Origin: Scyliorhinus canicula
Taxonomy: Eukaryota
Length of the DNA: 64,000 nt
NCBI RefSeq assembly: GCF_902713615.1
Contig: NC_052160.1
Span: 24,453,856-24,517,855, forward strand
Direction of reading: 5' to 3'
A program made the translations under genes and the position numbers. Positions 34,475-47,361 of this stretch are shown here, one piece after another (the first letter of the stretch is position 1; every line of letters begins with the position of its first letter). The notes under the pieces are model-generated. The model had not been told where the DNA came from and ran no database searches. It worked only from the letters and a program-made list of their open reading frames with translations.

Positions 34475-36696
34475 GTAGAATGGGGGTACTTGATGGCAGT
34501 GCTGGAGCGGTTTGGAATTGGAGCAAGCTTTGTGAACTGGGTAAAGCTACTATATAAGGAGCCGAGGGCGAGTGTCCGCACAAACAACATCAGCTCGAGA
34601 TACTTTTCTCTCCACCGTAGGACTAGGCAGGGATGTCCTATGTCCCCCCTGCTGTTTGCACTCGCGATTGAGCCATTGGCCATCGCATTAAGAGGTTTGG
34701 GGGTATGGAAAGGAATAGTGCGGGGGGGGGGGGGGGGGGGGGGATAGAGCATAGGGTGTCCTTATATGCCGATGACTTGCTGTTAAATACGTGTCGGAAC
34801 CAAGTGTGTCGATAGGGGGAATATTGGAGCTGCTTCGAGTGTTTGGGTCTTTCTCGGGGTACAAACTAAATCTAGACAAGAGGGAGTATTTTGTGGTGTC
34901 TCGGCCGGGGGTGGGGGGGGGGGGGGGGGGGGGGGGCGGCCATTCTGTAGGGCAGGGACTCACTTTAAGTACCTGGGGGTGCAGGTTGCCCGGGGGGGGG
35001 GGGGGGGGGGGGGGGGGGCTTCGCAGGTACAACATTTTTAGTTTGGTGGGAAGAGTGAAAGCTGATCTGGCAAGGGGGGTGGTCTCCCTCTGTCACTGGT
35101 TGGTCAGGTACAGGCGGTTAAAATGAACGTGTTGCCGCAATTTCTGTTTATTTTTCATTGCCTGCTGATTTTCCTGCCAAAGACTTTTTTCAGAGAGATT
35201 GAGGGAAGGATTACTTCATTTATATGGAGAGGGAAGGTGGCCAGAGTGAGGATGGTGCTGCTACAGAGGGGAAGGCAGGCAGGGGGTTTGGGGTCTTCCG
35301 AACCTGATGTATTACTACTGGGCGGCGAATGTGGAGAAGGTGCGGAGCTGGGTCAGAGGAGTTGATTCCCAGTGAGTCAGAATGGAGGAGAGTTTGTGCA
35401 GGGGGTCAGGATTGAAAGCACTAGCAACAGCACCGCTCCCGATGGCCCGAAGAAATACTCGGGTAGTCCGGTAATAATAGCTTCATTGAGAATTTGGAGG
35501 CAGTTTCGCCAACATTTCGGGTTGGGGGCAGGTTCAAGGGAGATGCTGATTCGGGGGAAACCACAGATTTGAGCCAAGGAAGTGGGAAGGAAATTTTCGG
35601 AAATGGGAGAAGGGGATTAAGACACTGAAAGATTTGTTTCTTGGGATCGGTTTGCAGGATTGGAGGAGCTGGAAGCGAAGTATGGGCTGGAGCAGGGGAA
35701 AATGTTTCAATACATGCAGGTTCGAGATTTTGCCAGAAAGGAGATATAGAGCTTCCAGGTGGAGCCGGCCTCCACATTGCTGGAGGAGGTGCTGACGACA
35801 GGGGGACTGGAGAAGGGGCTAGTGTCGGCGGTGTACGGAGCTATTTTGGAAGAGAAGGCACCACTGGAAGGGATCAAAGCAAAGTGGGAGGAAGAGTTGG
35901 GAGAGGATATGGAGGAGGGGTTCTGGTGTGAGGTGCTCCTGGGGCAGATACAGCTGAAGGTGGTATACAGAGCACACCTCACGAGGACGAAGATGAGCCG
36001 ATTCTTTGAAGGAGTAGAAGATGTGTGTGAATGTTGCGGGGTGGGGGGGGTCCATGCTAATCACGTTCATATGTTTTGGTCCTGTCCAAAGCAAGAGGAT
36101 TACTGGAAGGAGGTTTTTAGGGTAATTTCTAAAGTGGTGCACGTGAAACTGGACCTGTGCCCCCCTGGAGGCCATATCGGGGTGTCGGAACAGCCGGGGT
36201 TGGAAACGGGTGCGGAGGCAGATGTTGTAGCCTTTGCCTCGTTGATCGCCCGAAGGCGGATCCTGATAGGTTGGAGAGCAACCTCTCCATCCTGTGCCCT
36301 GGCGTGGCGGGGGGGACCTGTTGGAATTCTTGCCTCTTGAGAAGGTTAAGTTTGAACTGAGGGGAAGGATAGAGGGGTTCTACAATTCATGGGCATTATT
36401 CATTATGCACTTTCAAGAACTGGATAACATCGAACATTAGTTGGGGTGGGTGGGGGGGGGGGGGGAGGGTTGGGGGGAGGGGGGCTGTGTGTGTTAATGG
36501 CGACTATGGGTGATCCCTAATTCCTTTTTGTCATTTGTGTGAACATGCGGACTAATGTTTGGGGTTTAGTGGGAGGATGGGATCGTTGTTATTGATATGG
36601 GGATTGACATATTTGTTACTGATTATTGTTTATTGTTGGTGGGTGTAAATTTGGGAGAAAATGTGAAAAAGGAGAATAAAAAATATTTTTTAAAAA
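34475..36696 (+). mobile_element. L1-clade LINE, 3' half, frameshifted
   Basis: RQGCPMSPLLFALAIEPL, LYADD, HMFWSCP; 15-bp TSD GTATATGAACGTGTG at 34460 and 36697. Confidence 0.92.
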
Positions 36697-37462
36697 GTAT
36701 ATGAACGTGTGATGTATGATAAATAAGATAAGTGAGTTGCAGGTTCAGGTAGCTATATGGATAGATGATGTGAGGCCTAACTCAAAGGACAGCTCCTCAG
36801 TTACATAGAAATTTGAAGAAGCTGAGACTGTTTTCCTGGGGAGAAGGGAAGGTAGAGAGGTTATTTGATAATGGTATTAAAAATCATGAAGGGTCTGGAC
36901 AAAATAGATAGAGAGAAAATGTTACCATTGTGGAGGGATCGAGAAACGGAGAGCACAAATTTGAATGTAATTGGCAAAAGAAGCAATGGTGACATGAGGA
37001 AAAATGTCTCCACACAGCAATCAGTTAGGATCTGGAATGTACAGCCTGAGAGTGTGGTTCAGTCACGACGTTCAAGAGGGAATTAGATTATTATCTGAAA
37101 AGGGAAAGTGTGCAGGACTACTGAGAAAACACGGGTCGTGTCTCGAGATGAATTGCTCCTTCAGAGAGCCAGCACAGACATAATAGGCCGAACGTCCCTC
37201 TGTTCTATGATTCTAGTAGCCGAATGGTCTCTTTCTGCACCTGTGTTTCCAAACAGATCTGGGTTGCACCAGACTCCAGAGAATGCTGAGGTTTGCTGCT
37301 GTTTAAGCAGCTTGAACATTGCTACGCTGTCTTTAGGGCGTTTTTAAGTGGGGGTGCCGGAAAGTTCTAACTATGGGAGGGGGGCATTGGTCATGAGGAA
37401 ATCTCAAACACGCCTAACATTGACTTTGTTCTTTCTCCGCCTGTCTTTCTCTCTCCCTCCAG

Positions 37463-37518
37463 AGGAAGTTAAGAAACTCTGCGCAATGCAGTTTAACAAC
37501 ATCTTCTTCTTAGATTAA
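37463..37518 (+). CDS. CCZ1: CCZ1 terminal coding exon, (E)EVKKLCAMQFNNIFFLD*
   Basis: long pyrimidine tract + ccAG; conserved C-terminus; TAA at 37516-37518. Confidence 0.96.
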
Positions 37519-38910
37519 CCATCAAGCTGACCGCCCATTGTGGTTTTGGGTATGGCACAGACTCTTGGGTAAGCATTGGTGACCCCACCAGCACGGAAAG
37601 TATCCGTACAATGCCATATGCGGCAAATAACCCGTGCTCTTCACTCTGCCAATGACTAGTGCAGCATCTTCACTAATGCTGCTTGTCCCCAGAAGGCAAG
37701 GCCCCACCTCAACTCGCAAAGAGCAGTCGCTGCCATAGGACATTTCCATGGAATGTAAGATAATTAGGTTTTAAATATTTATGGTAACTGAATTAAAAGA
37801 ATGTCAACTTTATCATTCCGGTCTGTAATATATGGCAAGCCTATACTGTAAAAAAAATAAATTAACAGTAACATTTGAGTGAGATTTTAACTTCTTTCCA
37901 ATTGTGTCTGTGTATTTTTGCTTTATTTATACATTAACCCTCAGTTAGGAGGGTTGATCATTGGACATTTTGTAGAAAATTATATTCTCTAATGTAAGGC
38001 AAATGATCTTCCTTTATGATATGGGCCTTTTTTTTTACTTAAAAATTGTGGGTTTATGCCTGAAGTAAAAGCTGTATTTATGAAGAAGTGTTCTGGTTCA
38101 GCAAGTGTGGGTTACTGTCGCAGAGATTAGTCTGCAGCTATGTATTGTGTAACTTGGCCTTCAAACATGGCTACGTGCACTGTAATATTTGCAGACGTGA
38201 ATGCTTGAAGCAAAATGTAATTATAATATGAAGAATTCATTTATTTTTAAAGAAAATCGAGTTAAGTAATGAAATTGACTGTCACTTGGACTTCGATCCC
38301 ACATTTGTAGTTCCATCTTTTATTAAAAAAAATGTTTCAAAAACTAGTTGCAGGAAATATTTGCATTATGTAAACATTTATAACATGAAATGGACAGCTA
38401 ACCTAACACAAAGGAGCCTATTTTAAGATAATGGAAAGGGAATGGTCCATTGTTACATATATGAATGGCTTCTTTGGTGTTCCCTGGTCTTAGTGGTGCC
38501 TAGTTAAGTCACTTTCATAGGGTTTTGCCTGCCTTTCCTCAGCTCTAGTTGCAAATTGGCACACGTCCTAGTCCTAATTGCAATACCGTATCTTTAAAAT
38601 GTGATCTAATCCTCAAATGTCACCTCTTTGGATGTCTGATCTTGTATGTTGCATGCTGTAACTCTTTTGTTGGAAAGAAAAGTTAGCACAACTTTTTTAC
38701 CTCAAACTTACATTTTTCACGCAAGACAAAAAAAAAGTACAGGTGTATACCCGATTGGATGTATTTTAGCGTCGAGGAATTCTGAATCCTCGTTTTCCCT
38801 GCTACTTCAACATTAAAAAACGGGTTTTCTGAGAAACGGTGCTGATTTATCCATGTAACGATGCATATTTTTTAAAAATTCAAATAAAATCTGCCTGCAC
38901 TAACTTGAAG
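37519..38910 (+). other. CCZ1: Probable CCZ1 3' UTR
   Basis: AT-rich, no recognisable repeats; AATAAA at 37856, 38883 (followed by GT-rich tract) and 39002; end is an estimate. Confidence 0.6.
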
Positions 38911-40329
38911 ACTCTGCTGTGTTTCTAGCACTGTACCTAAAGTTATGTCAAATTCAAGATACCAGCGAGAAAATCAACGTTTTTTTTTCCTGCTTCTGGA
39001 AAATAAAATCAACACTGATTTTGAATTCACTTGCAGCAAGATTTTGTATCCTCTTCTCCTGCTGATGCACAAGGCTGCTTTCGTTGCTGATTGCAGTTTG
39101 CAAGTTGCAATTGCAGTTCTGCTCAATGGCCTTTACTGAACTTGCAAGCAGGACAACTATCAGAAATAACAAATAACAAACACAAACAAATAATCAGAAA
39201 CTAATCAGAAATTTATTTAAAAAAGAACAAACTTGCATTTATGAATATGTATAAATACAAAATTTGGTATTAAAATTTAGAATTATGCAGTGGAAATATC
39301 AGAAAATGTGAGTTCAATACGGAAAAGGTGCATTATCAGATAATGTAGACAGAATAACAGAGAGAATTTTCATTTTTATAGTGCCTTTCATGACCACATG
39401 ATGTCTCCAAGTACTGACCATTAAGTGCTTTAGAAGTGCAGTCACAATTGTAATGTAGGAACTGTATCATCCAGTTTTCACACAGTGAGGTCCCACCAAC
39501 AGCAATGACCAGCTAACTTAGTGATGTTGGTTGATCAGGACACCAGGGAGAACTACCTTGCTACTCTTTGAAATAGTGCCACGGGATCTTTACATCCGCT
39601 TGAGGGGAGATGGGGCCTCCGAAAGATTCAGGTCTGACAGTGCTGCACTCCCTCAGTATTATGTAGAAGCTGTGCACATATGCACACTTGTATTGTTTGA
39701 CTTTGATAAAAAGTAATTTTTCCTTATGTTAGATAATAGACTAGCACACTAGCGGCACCACACACAGTCATGAAAGAAGCCTAAAAGCTATTTTTCAACA
39801 GAAGAGGATACGTTGGTTCAGCGAGAATGAGAGGGAGACTCGTGTGGACTATAAAACTGGTCAGGCTGCATGGTCCGTTTCTGTGCTGTAAATTCTGTGC
39901 AATTCTCTTGTTCAGTCCTTTCAAACTTTACTTATATTTCAGCACTGGATGTATGGGCTCATGATCCAGCAGACAATGTATGGGATGATGTATTGTCCAT
40001 TATATATATTTAGTGAAAGGCATATATAGGAAACTGGAATTTGCATAAATTGACCTACATGGAATGAACTTCAATGTATAGGAGAAAAGGTAATTTAGCT
40101 CCTCGAGCCTGTTCTACATTTAATGAGATCATGGCTGATCTTTTTTCCTTTCCTCTCCACCCATTTTGTTTGGGGTCACCACAATGCTGTCTAGCATCAT
40201 TCTCCATCAGACACCCATTCTCCTTCCAATCCCTTTCCACCACATCCTCCCACCTGGTCTTAGGCCTTCCTCATTTTCTTCCTGCCAATCCCAGCCTCCC
40301 CACATGCCCTCTCTTTCTCCACAACAGAT

Positions 40330-41410
40330 GACCATATCATTTCAATCTCTTAGCTACTTATTTTGATGCTTCCACAATATTAACTGACCCCCCCCCCCCC
40401 CACCCCCCCCCCCCCCGCCCCCCCCCCCCCCAACTTGATGTATTGGTTCCTCATCTTGTCTTTCTCTCCTTGGTCCTCTCTTCTAGACATTCCCCAAGAG
40501 TCTGCACTACCTAATGAGGTTAGCCTGTCTTGTCGATTCTTCATTTCAATTATACTTTTCAATCTCACAACACGCCTCTGCACTTCTTCCAATTTCTCCG
40601 ACCAGAGCTAATCCATTGGTTACAAATATAAACCTTTGAAGCCTCAAGATATACCTTCAAAATTGAGGGTTGGCTTATATGCCGAGTGTAAAAGTGAACT
40701 GCCAGCATGGATGTCGGTAGTTGCCATTTTGCTAATGTTGCAGAGTGGGGATGTCTTAAACTCCTGTGCACCTCCTCATGGCTCACATCGCTTGCTTGAT
40801 CCCTTACGCCCAGTTATAAGATACTAGTTCATAAAACATGCATTTGTGGGGGACAAATTGAGGCTGACTACTAATGTGAGTATAGCATGTCATGGCTCAC
40901 AAGGTGGGCGGGGGGCTATGCCGTCAACTTGGATGGCGCGTACATGCAAAATAATGATTTTGGGGGCTGGGAGAAATGACGCCAAGTTAATTTATACATC
41001 GCAATTTGTGGTAATTTACAATGCCACACTTCCATCTTCTGCCACCACTGACCCCAGGTACTTGAAACGACTCACTTTCTCCAAGTTTCAGCCTTAATCT
41101 TTACACCTGCACTCTGATCTTTTCATTACTTCAAACTGACAGTCTACATAATGGATTTTTGGCAGCTTGATCTTCAGACCCATACCTTCCAGTGCTGTTC
41201 TCCAGATAAAATGTAATTTGCAAATATCATTGACCGTGGCACTTCCTCTTTCAGCTGCTGAGTTGGAATATCCATTGACAATCAGGAAGAGGGAGGGGGC
41301 TCAGTGCCAATTCTTGGTGAAATACAACATTTTCTAAATTCTCACTCTCCTCCACATGGCTTTTTACTCTTGTCTGATGCTCCTTGTACACGTCCTGTAA
41401 TTGTTGTACC
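40330..41410 (-). mobile_element. Highly degenerate RTE-like LINE fragments
   Basis: remnants such as FKYLGSV and MGLKIK on the minus strand. Confidence 0.45.
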
Positions 41411-41475
41411 TACTTCTCAAGAGATTTTGAAATTCCATTCTACCTTCGTAGGCACCCAGTCACAAGCCTCTAGAT

Positions 41476-42338
41476 CAGGGTTTTTCAAATTCAGGGTTGC
41501 AATCTGCGGGCGGGTGTCAGGAGGGTCGCTGAGTGATGGGCCGGGGAATTCCTGGTCGCGGGGGAAGTGCCCAAGGGCCATGACTGGCTATTTAGAATGC
41601 TGGCTGTTTGAGTGCTTTTAAGTTGAGAATGCTGGTCGTGACCGGCCTTTAAATGTGAATGCTGGAGTTTTCCTGCCAGAAGAAGCGGCAGAGAGCAGGT
41701 CACGCGCTCGGCATGTACAGTGACGTCACGTGCCCTGTAGGTCTGTACTTTGGGTGCGAAATCACGGAGGAATGATTCCTCCATTTTGTAGCTGTCAGCA
41801 TGCAAGTAACAGGACTGTGTGAAGAACGGAAGATAGTTCATTTTGTAAGAAGGAAGAGAGGGCCAGAGACACAAACAGACCAGGACCTCACAACTGAATC
41901 TGCTGGAGAGAGCTTCTCAGGAGATTCCAGGGCAGGGCAAAGCAGTGCTGGTGTGAGCTGTTACCAGAGCTATAGGACCTCTGGTGAACAACTCATTAAG
42001 AAGAAACTGAAATCGGGAACAAAGCAGGATAAAGTTGATTTCTTGAGGTATGATATTGTTAATTTTGCCAATGCAAAGCCCCTGTGTGTTAAATGCAGGG
42101 AAGTACTGGCGAATGAAAGTTTAAAACCCTCAAAGGCGTTTGAAGACTAAGCATAGCAAGTCCAAGGACAAGCCTCTTGATTTGAGATGCTGTGAGAACT
42201 TAAATCGTCAGCTGAAGTCCTTAGCAGAAATGTAACAATGAATGACAAAGCAAGCAAGATAGGGAGGACCAAACAGGCTCACCTGTTGCATTAAAGGTAA
42301 ACAAAATGGTGGGTTGCGAAGGTTAGCCGGCGTGGCAT
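41476..42338 (+). mobile_element. Internally deleted hAT-Charlie/Buster-type DNA transposon, right end missing
   Basis: TIR CAGGGTTTTTCAAA preceded by CTCTAGAT (NTCTAGAN target); BED-finger remnant PLCVKCREVLANESLKPSK; C-terminal KQAH remnant. Confidence 0.85.
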
Positions 42339-42868
42339 TCATGGATTTCCACTATTTTTATCCGTCGCTGGTCCATGACTCTTCCCACATCTTGAAGGGG
42401 TGCAGTTGGAGTTTAATTCAACCATGACTAATCTGTGATCTATTTCCACTGTGACTTTTCTTCAGATCCTTTTAATACCTTTGGTTAACAAAAATCTATA
42501 AATTTATTTTCAACTTGATGCAGCATCTGCACTGACAGGCCAAAAGAGCATTCGACCTTGACCCACTCCCCGCCCAACCTGCACTAACCCCAGAACCCAA
42601 CCTGCATATCCCTGGACATTAAGAGGCAATTTAGCATGGCCAATCCATCTTTGGACTGTGGGAGGAAACCGGAGCACACGGAGGAAACCCACGCAGATGT
42701 GGGGAGAATGCACAGACTCCAGACAGTCACTCAAGGCCAGAAACAAACCCGGGTCCCTGGCACTGTGAGGGAGCAGTGCTAACCACTATGCCGCCATTGT
42801 GAATTAAGTGGAAGGTGAGTTAATTGTAGCTCAATCCCAAAACAGTATTTATTTTTTGACATCTAAGT

Positions 42869-44360
42869 ACATAAGAACATAAGAACTAGGAGCAGGAGTA
42901 GGCCATCTGGCCCCTCAAGCCTGCTCTGCCATTCAATGAGATCATGGCTGATCTTTTGTGGACTCAGCTCCACTTTCCGGCCCGAACACCATAACCCTTA
43001 ATCCCTTTATTCTTAAAAAAACTATCTACCTTTATCTTAAAAACATTTAATGAAGGAGCCTCTACTGCTTCACTGGGCAAGGAATTCCATAGACTCACAA
43101 CCCTTTGGGTGAAGAAGTTCCTCTTAATCTCAGTCCTAAATCTACTTCCCCTTATTTTGAGGCTATGCCCCCTAGTTCTGCTTTCACCTGCCAGTGGAAA
43201 CAACCTGCCCGCATCTATCCTATCTATTCCCTTCATAATTTTATATGTTTCTATAAGATCCCCCCTCCTCCTTTTAAATTCCAACGAGTACAGTCCCAGT
43301 CTACTCAACCTCTCCTCGTAATCCAACCCCTTCAGATCTGGGATTAACCTAGTGAATCTCCTCTGCACACCCTCCAGTACCAGTACGTCCTTTCTCAAGT
43401 AAGGAGACCAAAACTGAACACAATACTCCAGGTGTGGCCTCACTAACACCGTATACAATTGAAGCATAACCTCCCTAGTCTTAAACTCCATCCCTCTAGC
43501 AATGAAGGACAAAATTCCATTTGCCTTCTTAATCACCTGTTGCACCTGTAAACCAACATTTTGCGACTCATGCATTAGCACACCCAGGTCTCTCTGCACA
43601 GCAGCATGTTTTAATATTTTATCATTTAAATAATAATCCCGTTTGCTGTTATTCCTACCAAAATGGATAACCTCACATTTGTCAACATTGTATTCCATCT
43701 GCCAGACTCTAGCCCATTCACTTAACCTATCCAAATCCCTCTGCAGTCTTCCAGTATCCTCTGCACTTTTCGCTTTACCACTCATCTTAGTGTCGTCTTC
43801 AAACTTTGACACATTGCCCTTGGTCCCCAACTCCAAATCATCTATGTAAATTGTGAACAATTGTGGGCCCAACACTGATCCCTGAGGGACACCACTAGCT
43901 ACTGATTGCCAACCAGAGAAACACCCATTAATCCCCACTCTTTGCTTTCTATTAATTAACCAATCCTCTATCCATGCTACTACTTTACCCTTAATGCCAT
44001 GCATCTTTATCTTATGCAGCAACCTTTTGTGTGGCACCTTGTCAAAGGCTTTCTGGAAATCCAGATATACCACATCCATTGGCTCCCTGTTATCTACTGC
44101 ACTGGTAATGTCCTCAAAAAATTCCACTAAATTAGTTAGGCACGACCTGCCCTTTATGAACCCATGCTGTGTCTGCCCAATGGGACAATTTCTATCCCGA
44201 TGCCTTGCTATTTCTTCCTTGATGATAGATTCCAGCATCTTCCCTACTACCGAAGTTAAGCTCACTGGCCTATAATTACCTGCTCTCTGCCCTATAATTA
44301 CCTGCTCTCTGCCTACCTCCTTTTTTAAACAGTGGTGTCACGTTTGCTTATTTCCAATCC
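42869..44360 (-). mobile_element. Young 5'-truncated CR1 LINE
   Basis: 433-aa RT frame (FEDD variant of the FADD motif), (TTCTTATG)n tail, 22-bp internal duplication at 44269-44312. Confidence 0.95.
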
Positions 44361-45674
44361 GTAGTAGAGTGATCTCTTGTGTTCATTTTCTGTATTACAA
44401 CTGTCTGGGCAGCATGCACGCATTAAATTGAATACCTGACGTAGTATAGAACTTAGTGAAATTAATTAATTGAAAGCAACGAGGAGCATTTTTTTAAAAT
44501 CCCCACATTTGTTTAAACCTCCACCACATGAATAAATCTGAGCTTTATATGCCATCTTGAATAGATATTTAACATTATAGTATGCATGAGGTTAAAAGGC
44601 GGATCAGGGTATGTAGGGGGAAGAGGGTGTGTTTTCTGGTACTGGAAGGCCTAAGGGCTAATTGCGGTATGTGGGGAGTGCACTCCTGTTCTTCATGAAC
44701 CATATGGATTCTAACAGAAGTAATTTTGAAAGACTAATCTGGGTTTCTGATGAGCAGTGGGCTCCTCCTGCTGTGGTTGTGCTTCTATGCTGCAGGTAGT
44801 GCAGTGATGTGAGGTTAGTATTACATTGCACTGCCAATAGCTTCTTCGTATTAAATACGCCCCTGCCTACATTATCAGGAGTCTATTGGACGTTAAGGGT
44901 CACTGTTATAAAACTTTCCTGGGTGTAGGAGCCGGGGGAGGGGAGAATTTTCAAATTTTAACACCTCCGAAGCCCAATTTGCTTTGGGAAAGTGGGGGAC
45001 TGAGGGGAGATAGTGACAATTTCAGTCAATGAACTACTTTTAGTTTGACATTTCTGTCATTCTTGAAACATTTATTTTGCAATAAATGAACATTTCAATA
45101 AAGCCATCAATAACAACAAACAACTTTTATTTATATAACGCTTTTAAATATAAACAAAGTGTTATCAAACAAATTCACACAGAGTCAAATAAGGAGATGT
45201 TAAGATGGGTAACCAAAAGTTTGGTCAAAGAGGTATGTTTTAAGACGTATCTTACAGGAGACAGCAATAGAGACAGATGGATAGATTTATTGAGGGAGTT
45301 TCATAGCTTCCGGCCAAGACAGCTGAAGGCACCGCTTCCAATGGTGGAGAGATTAAAATCGGGGATGCCCAAGAAGATAGACTGTTGGAGCACTGATATC
45401 TATGAGGGTTGTAGGGCGGGATGAAGTTGTAGAAATGGAAAAAGATGAGGCCATGAAGAGATTTGAGAACAAATAGTTATTGATCACAACTCACTTTGCA
45501 TAGAGATAGATTTATACTCAGAACTGCTGCAAAACAAATATAATTGTCATTCTCCTCCGCCCATCTGATTTTACATTTCTGTTAAAGTTAGAAAATTACC
45601 TGGTTCCATTTACTTGCTAAAATATAATCTCACTGACAAATAGAATCTGCCCAGTTGATACAAGAGGATCTTGT

Positions 45675-45861
45675 TTAAAGGGACTTTTTCTTCTTTTTGG
45701 TTCCACTGGATTTTTTGTTTGGCCCCAAATGGACATTTTCTGCGGCCACCTTTTGCATAGGATTAACAGATCTATCATCGTCTTCACTTTGTTCTCCAGG
45801 GGTAGATACAATCAGAGTCAATTCAGCCTCACGGTCACGTTTGATGATATCCTCCTTCAAT
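45675..45861 (-). CDS. RSPH10B: RSPH10B-like terminal coding exon, (R)LKEDIIKRDREAELTL...SSGTKKKKKSL*
   Basis: ttacAG acceptor, phase 2 matches upstream exon; lysine-run C-terminus as in RSPH10B; convergent on CCZ1 as in mammals. Confidence 0.78.
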
Positions 45862-45933
45862 CTGTAATCATATTAGAACACGTGATTGGTTTGGGTGTCA
45901 TTCAGGCACTTTAGATAGCTTTGCAGACATCAA

Positions 45934-46528
45934 GGGCAGGATTCTCCAATAATGGGGCTGTGTCCCCACGCCCACGAGAAAACGGCCGTGAATCACTCTG
46001 GACTTTTTTCTAGAAAGTCTGGGGTGATTCTCGATTTTTAAGGGGGCTAGCAGGGCCCCATGGAGTAGTTCTTGCAGCTCCGGCTGCCGATACAGAGCCC
46101 TGCACTTCCGGCTGCGGGTCCGCGCATGCGCGTGGCGGCCGCGCCGGCCCGCGCGACATGGCGGACCACACAGCGGGCCGGTGCCAAAGAGGTAGCCCCC
46201 CGATCGTGGGCCTGACCGTCGTGGAGGCCTGCCTCCCCCCGCGACGGATCCCCCCAGCAGGATGGCCACCGCAGCCGTGACTCCGAGCACACGCTGGGTG
46301 GAGCCATACGTGAACCACTCCGGCGGGAACTCGGCCGGTCGTCCGTGCAGAATCGGCGTGGGGACCTCTTTCAACGGCCCCCGACCGGTGCCATGTCAAC
46401 CACACGCGCGCAACTGCCGGCGATTCTCCGGTCGCCAGAGAATCGCAGGAAGGCGTTGCAGGTCCGACGTCCCATTCTCCGTCCCCACGTCGGGCGCGAT
46501 TGCGGTGCGGAGGCTCTAATCCCGACCC
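45934..46528. mobile_element. GC-rich MITE of a related family
   Basis: GGGCAGGATT...AATCCCGACCC termini, flanks CAA/TAA, high CpG. Confidence 0.75.
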
Positions 46529-46711
46529 TAATGTCCAAATGTCAATATGCAACATCTTAAACTTATTGACTTAATGAACCATCAGCAATGTTGTATGAGT
46601 AGAGGCCTTGAGTACAAAAAACCAGAGATAATGATAATTTGTACAGAGCATTGGTGAGACCATAATTAAAGGATTGTGCTCTGGTTCAGGCAGCCATATT
46701 ATGAAAAGGAC

Positions 46712-46938
46712 TTTTTTTAACATAAATTTAGAGTACCCCATTATTTTTTTCCAATTTAGGGGCAATTTAGCGTAGCCAATCCACCTAACCTGCACATCTT
46801 TGTGTTGTGAGGGTGATATCGACACAGACATGGGGAGAATGAGCAAACTCCACACAGACAGTGACCCGGGGCCGGGATCGAACCCGGGTCCTCAGCGCCG
46901 TAGGCAGCAATGCTAATCACTCCGCCACTGTGCTGCCC
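46712..46938 (-). mobile_element. Short V-SINE
   Basis: TSD AAAAGGACTTT. Confidence 0.88.
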
Positions 46939-47252
46939 AAAAAGGACTTTAAAGCCAGAGAAAGCCTACAGTCCTGATCCATCATGATGAAACCAGGCAT
47001 GAAAATCTATAGTGAAGAGGAGAAACTTGAAATACTGAGGCTATTCCCACCGGTGAGAGTGCATGTATGACACTGGAGTCACCTTGTAGGTCCAGGCCTA
47101 GGTAGGGCAGTAGGTTCCCTGAAGGACATCAGTCAACCAGCTGGGTTTTTACAAGAAACACCTTTTTGTGGTTATTTTTCTGGCACCAGCCCATAAGAAT
47201 ACAGATTTATTGAATTGAGTGGAATTCAAATCCCACCAAGGTAAATTGTGAA

Positions 47253-47302
47253 TTTGGTTCACCTGATGAAGTAGCTGCGCTCTGAAAGCTAGTGATTCCA
47301 AA
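47253..47302 (+). ncRNA. Minimal hammerhead motif of a second Penelope-like family
   Basis: TTTGGTTCAC-CTGATGA-A-GTAGC-TGC-GCTCT-GAAA-GC-TA-GTGATTCCAAA. Confidence 0.68.
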
Positions 47303-47361
47303 TAAACCTGTTGGATTTAGGATTAATCAATGAATTTCCTAGTAAACTCAGTGATACAGAC

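Noticed and set aside
44747-44775. CTGATGA word as another hammerhead
   Set aside because: No downstream GAAA or stem I pairing
45898-46560. Several overlapping 70-180-aa ORFs; possible bacterial or promoter CpG island
   Set aside because: GC-rich MITE bounded by TIRs; stop-poor composition explains the ORFs
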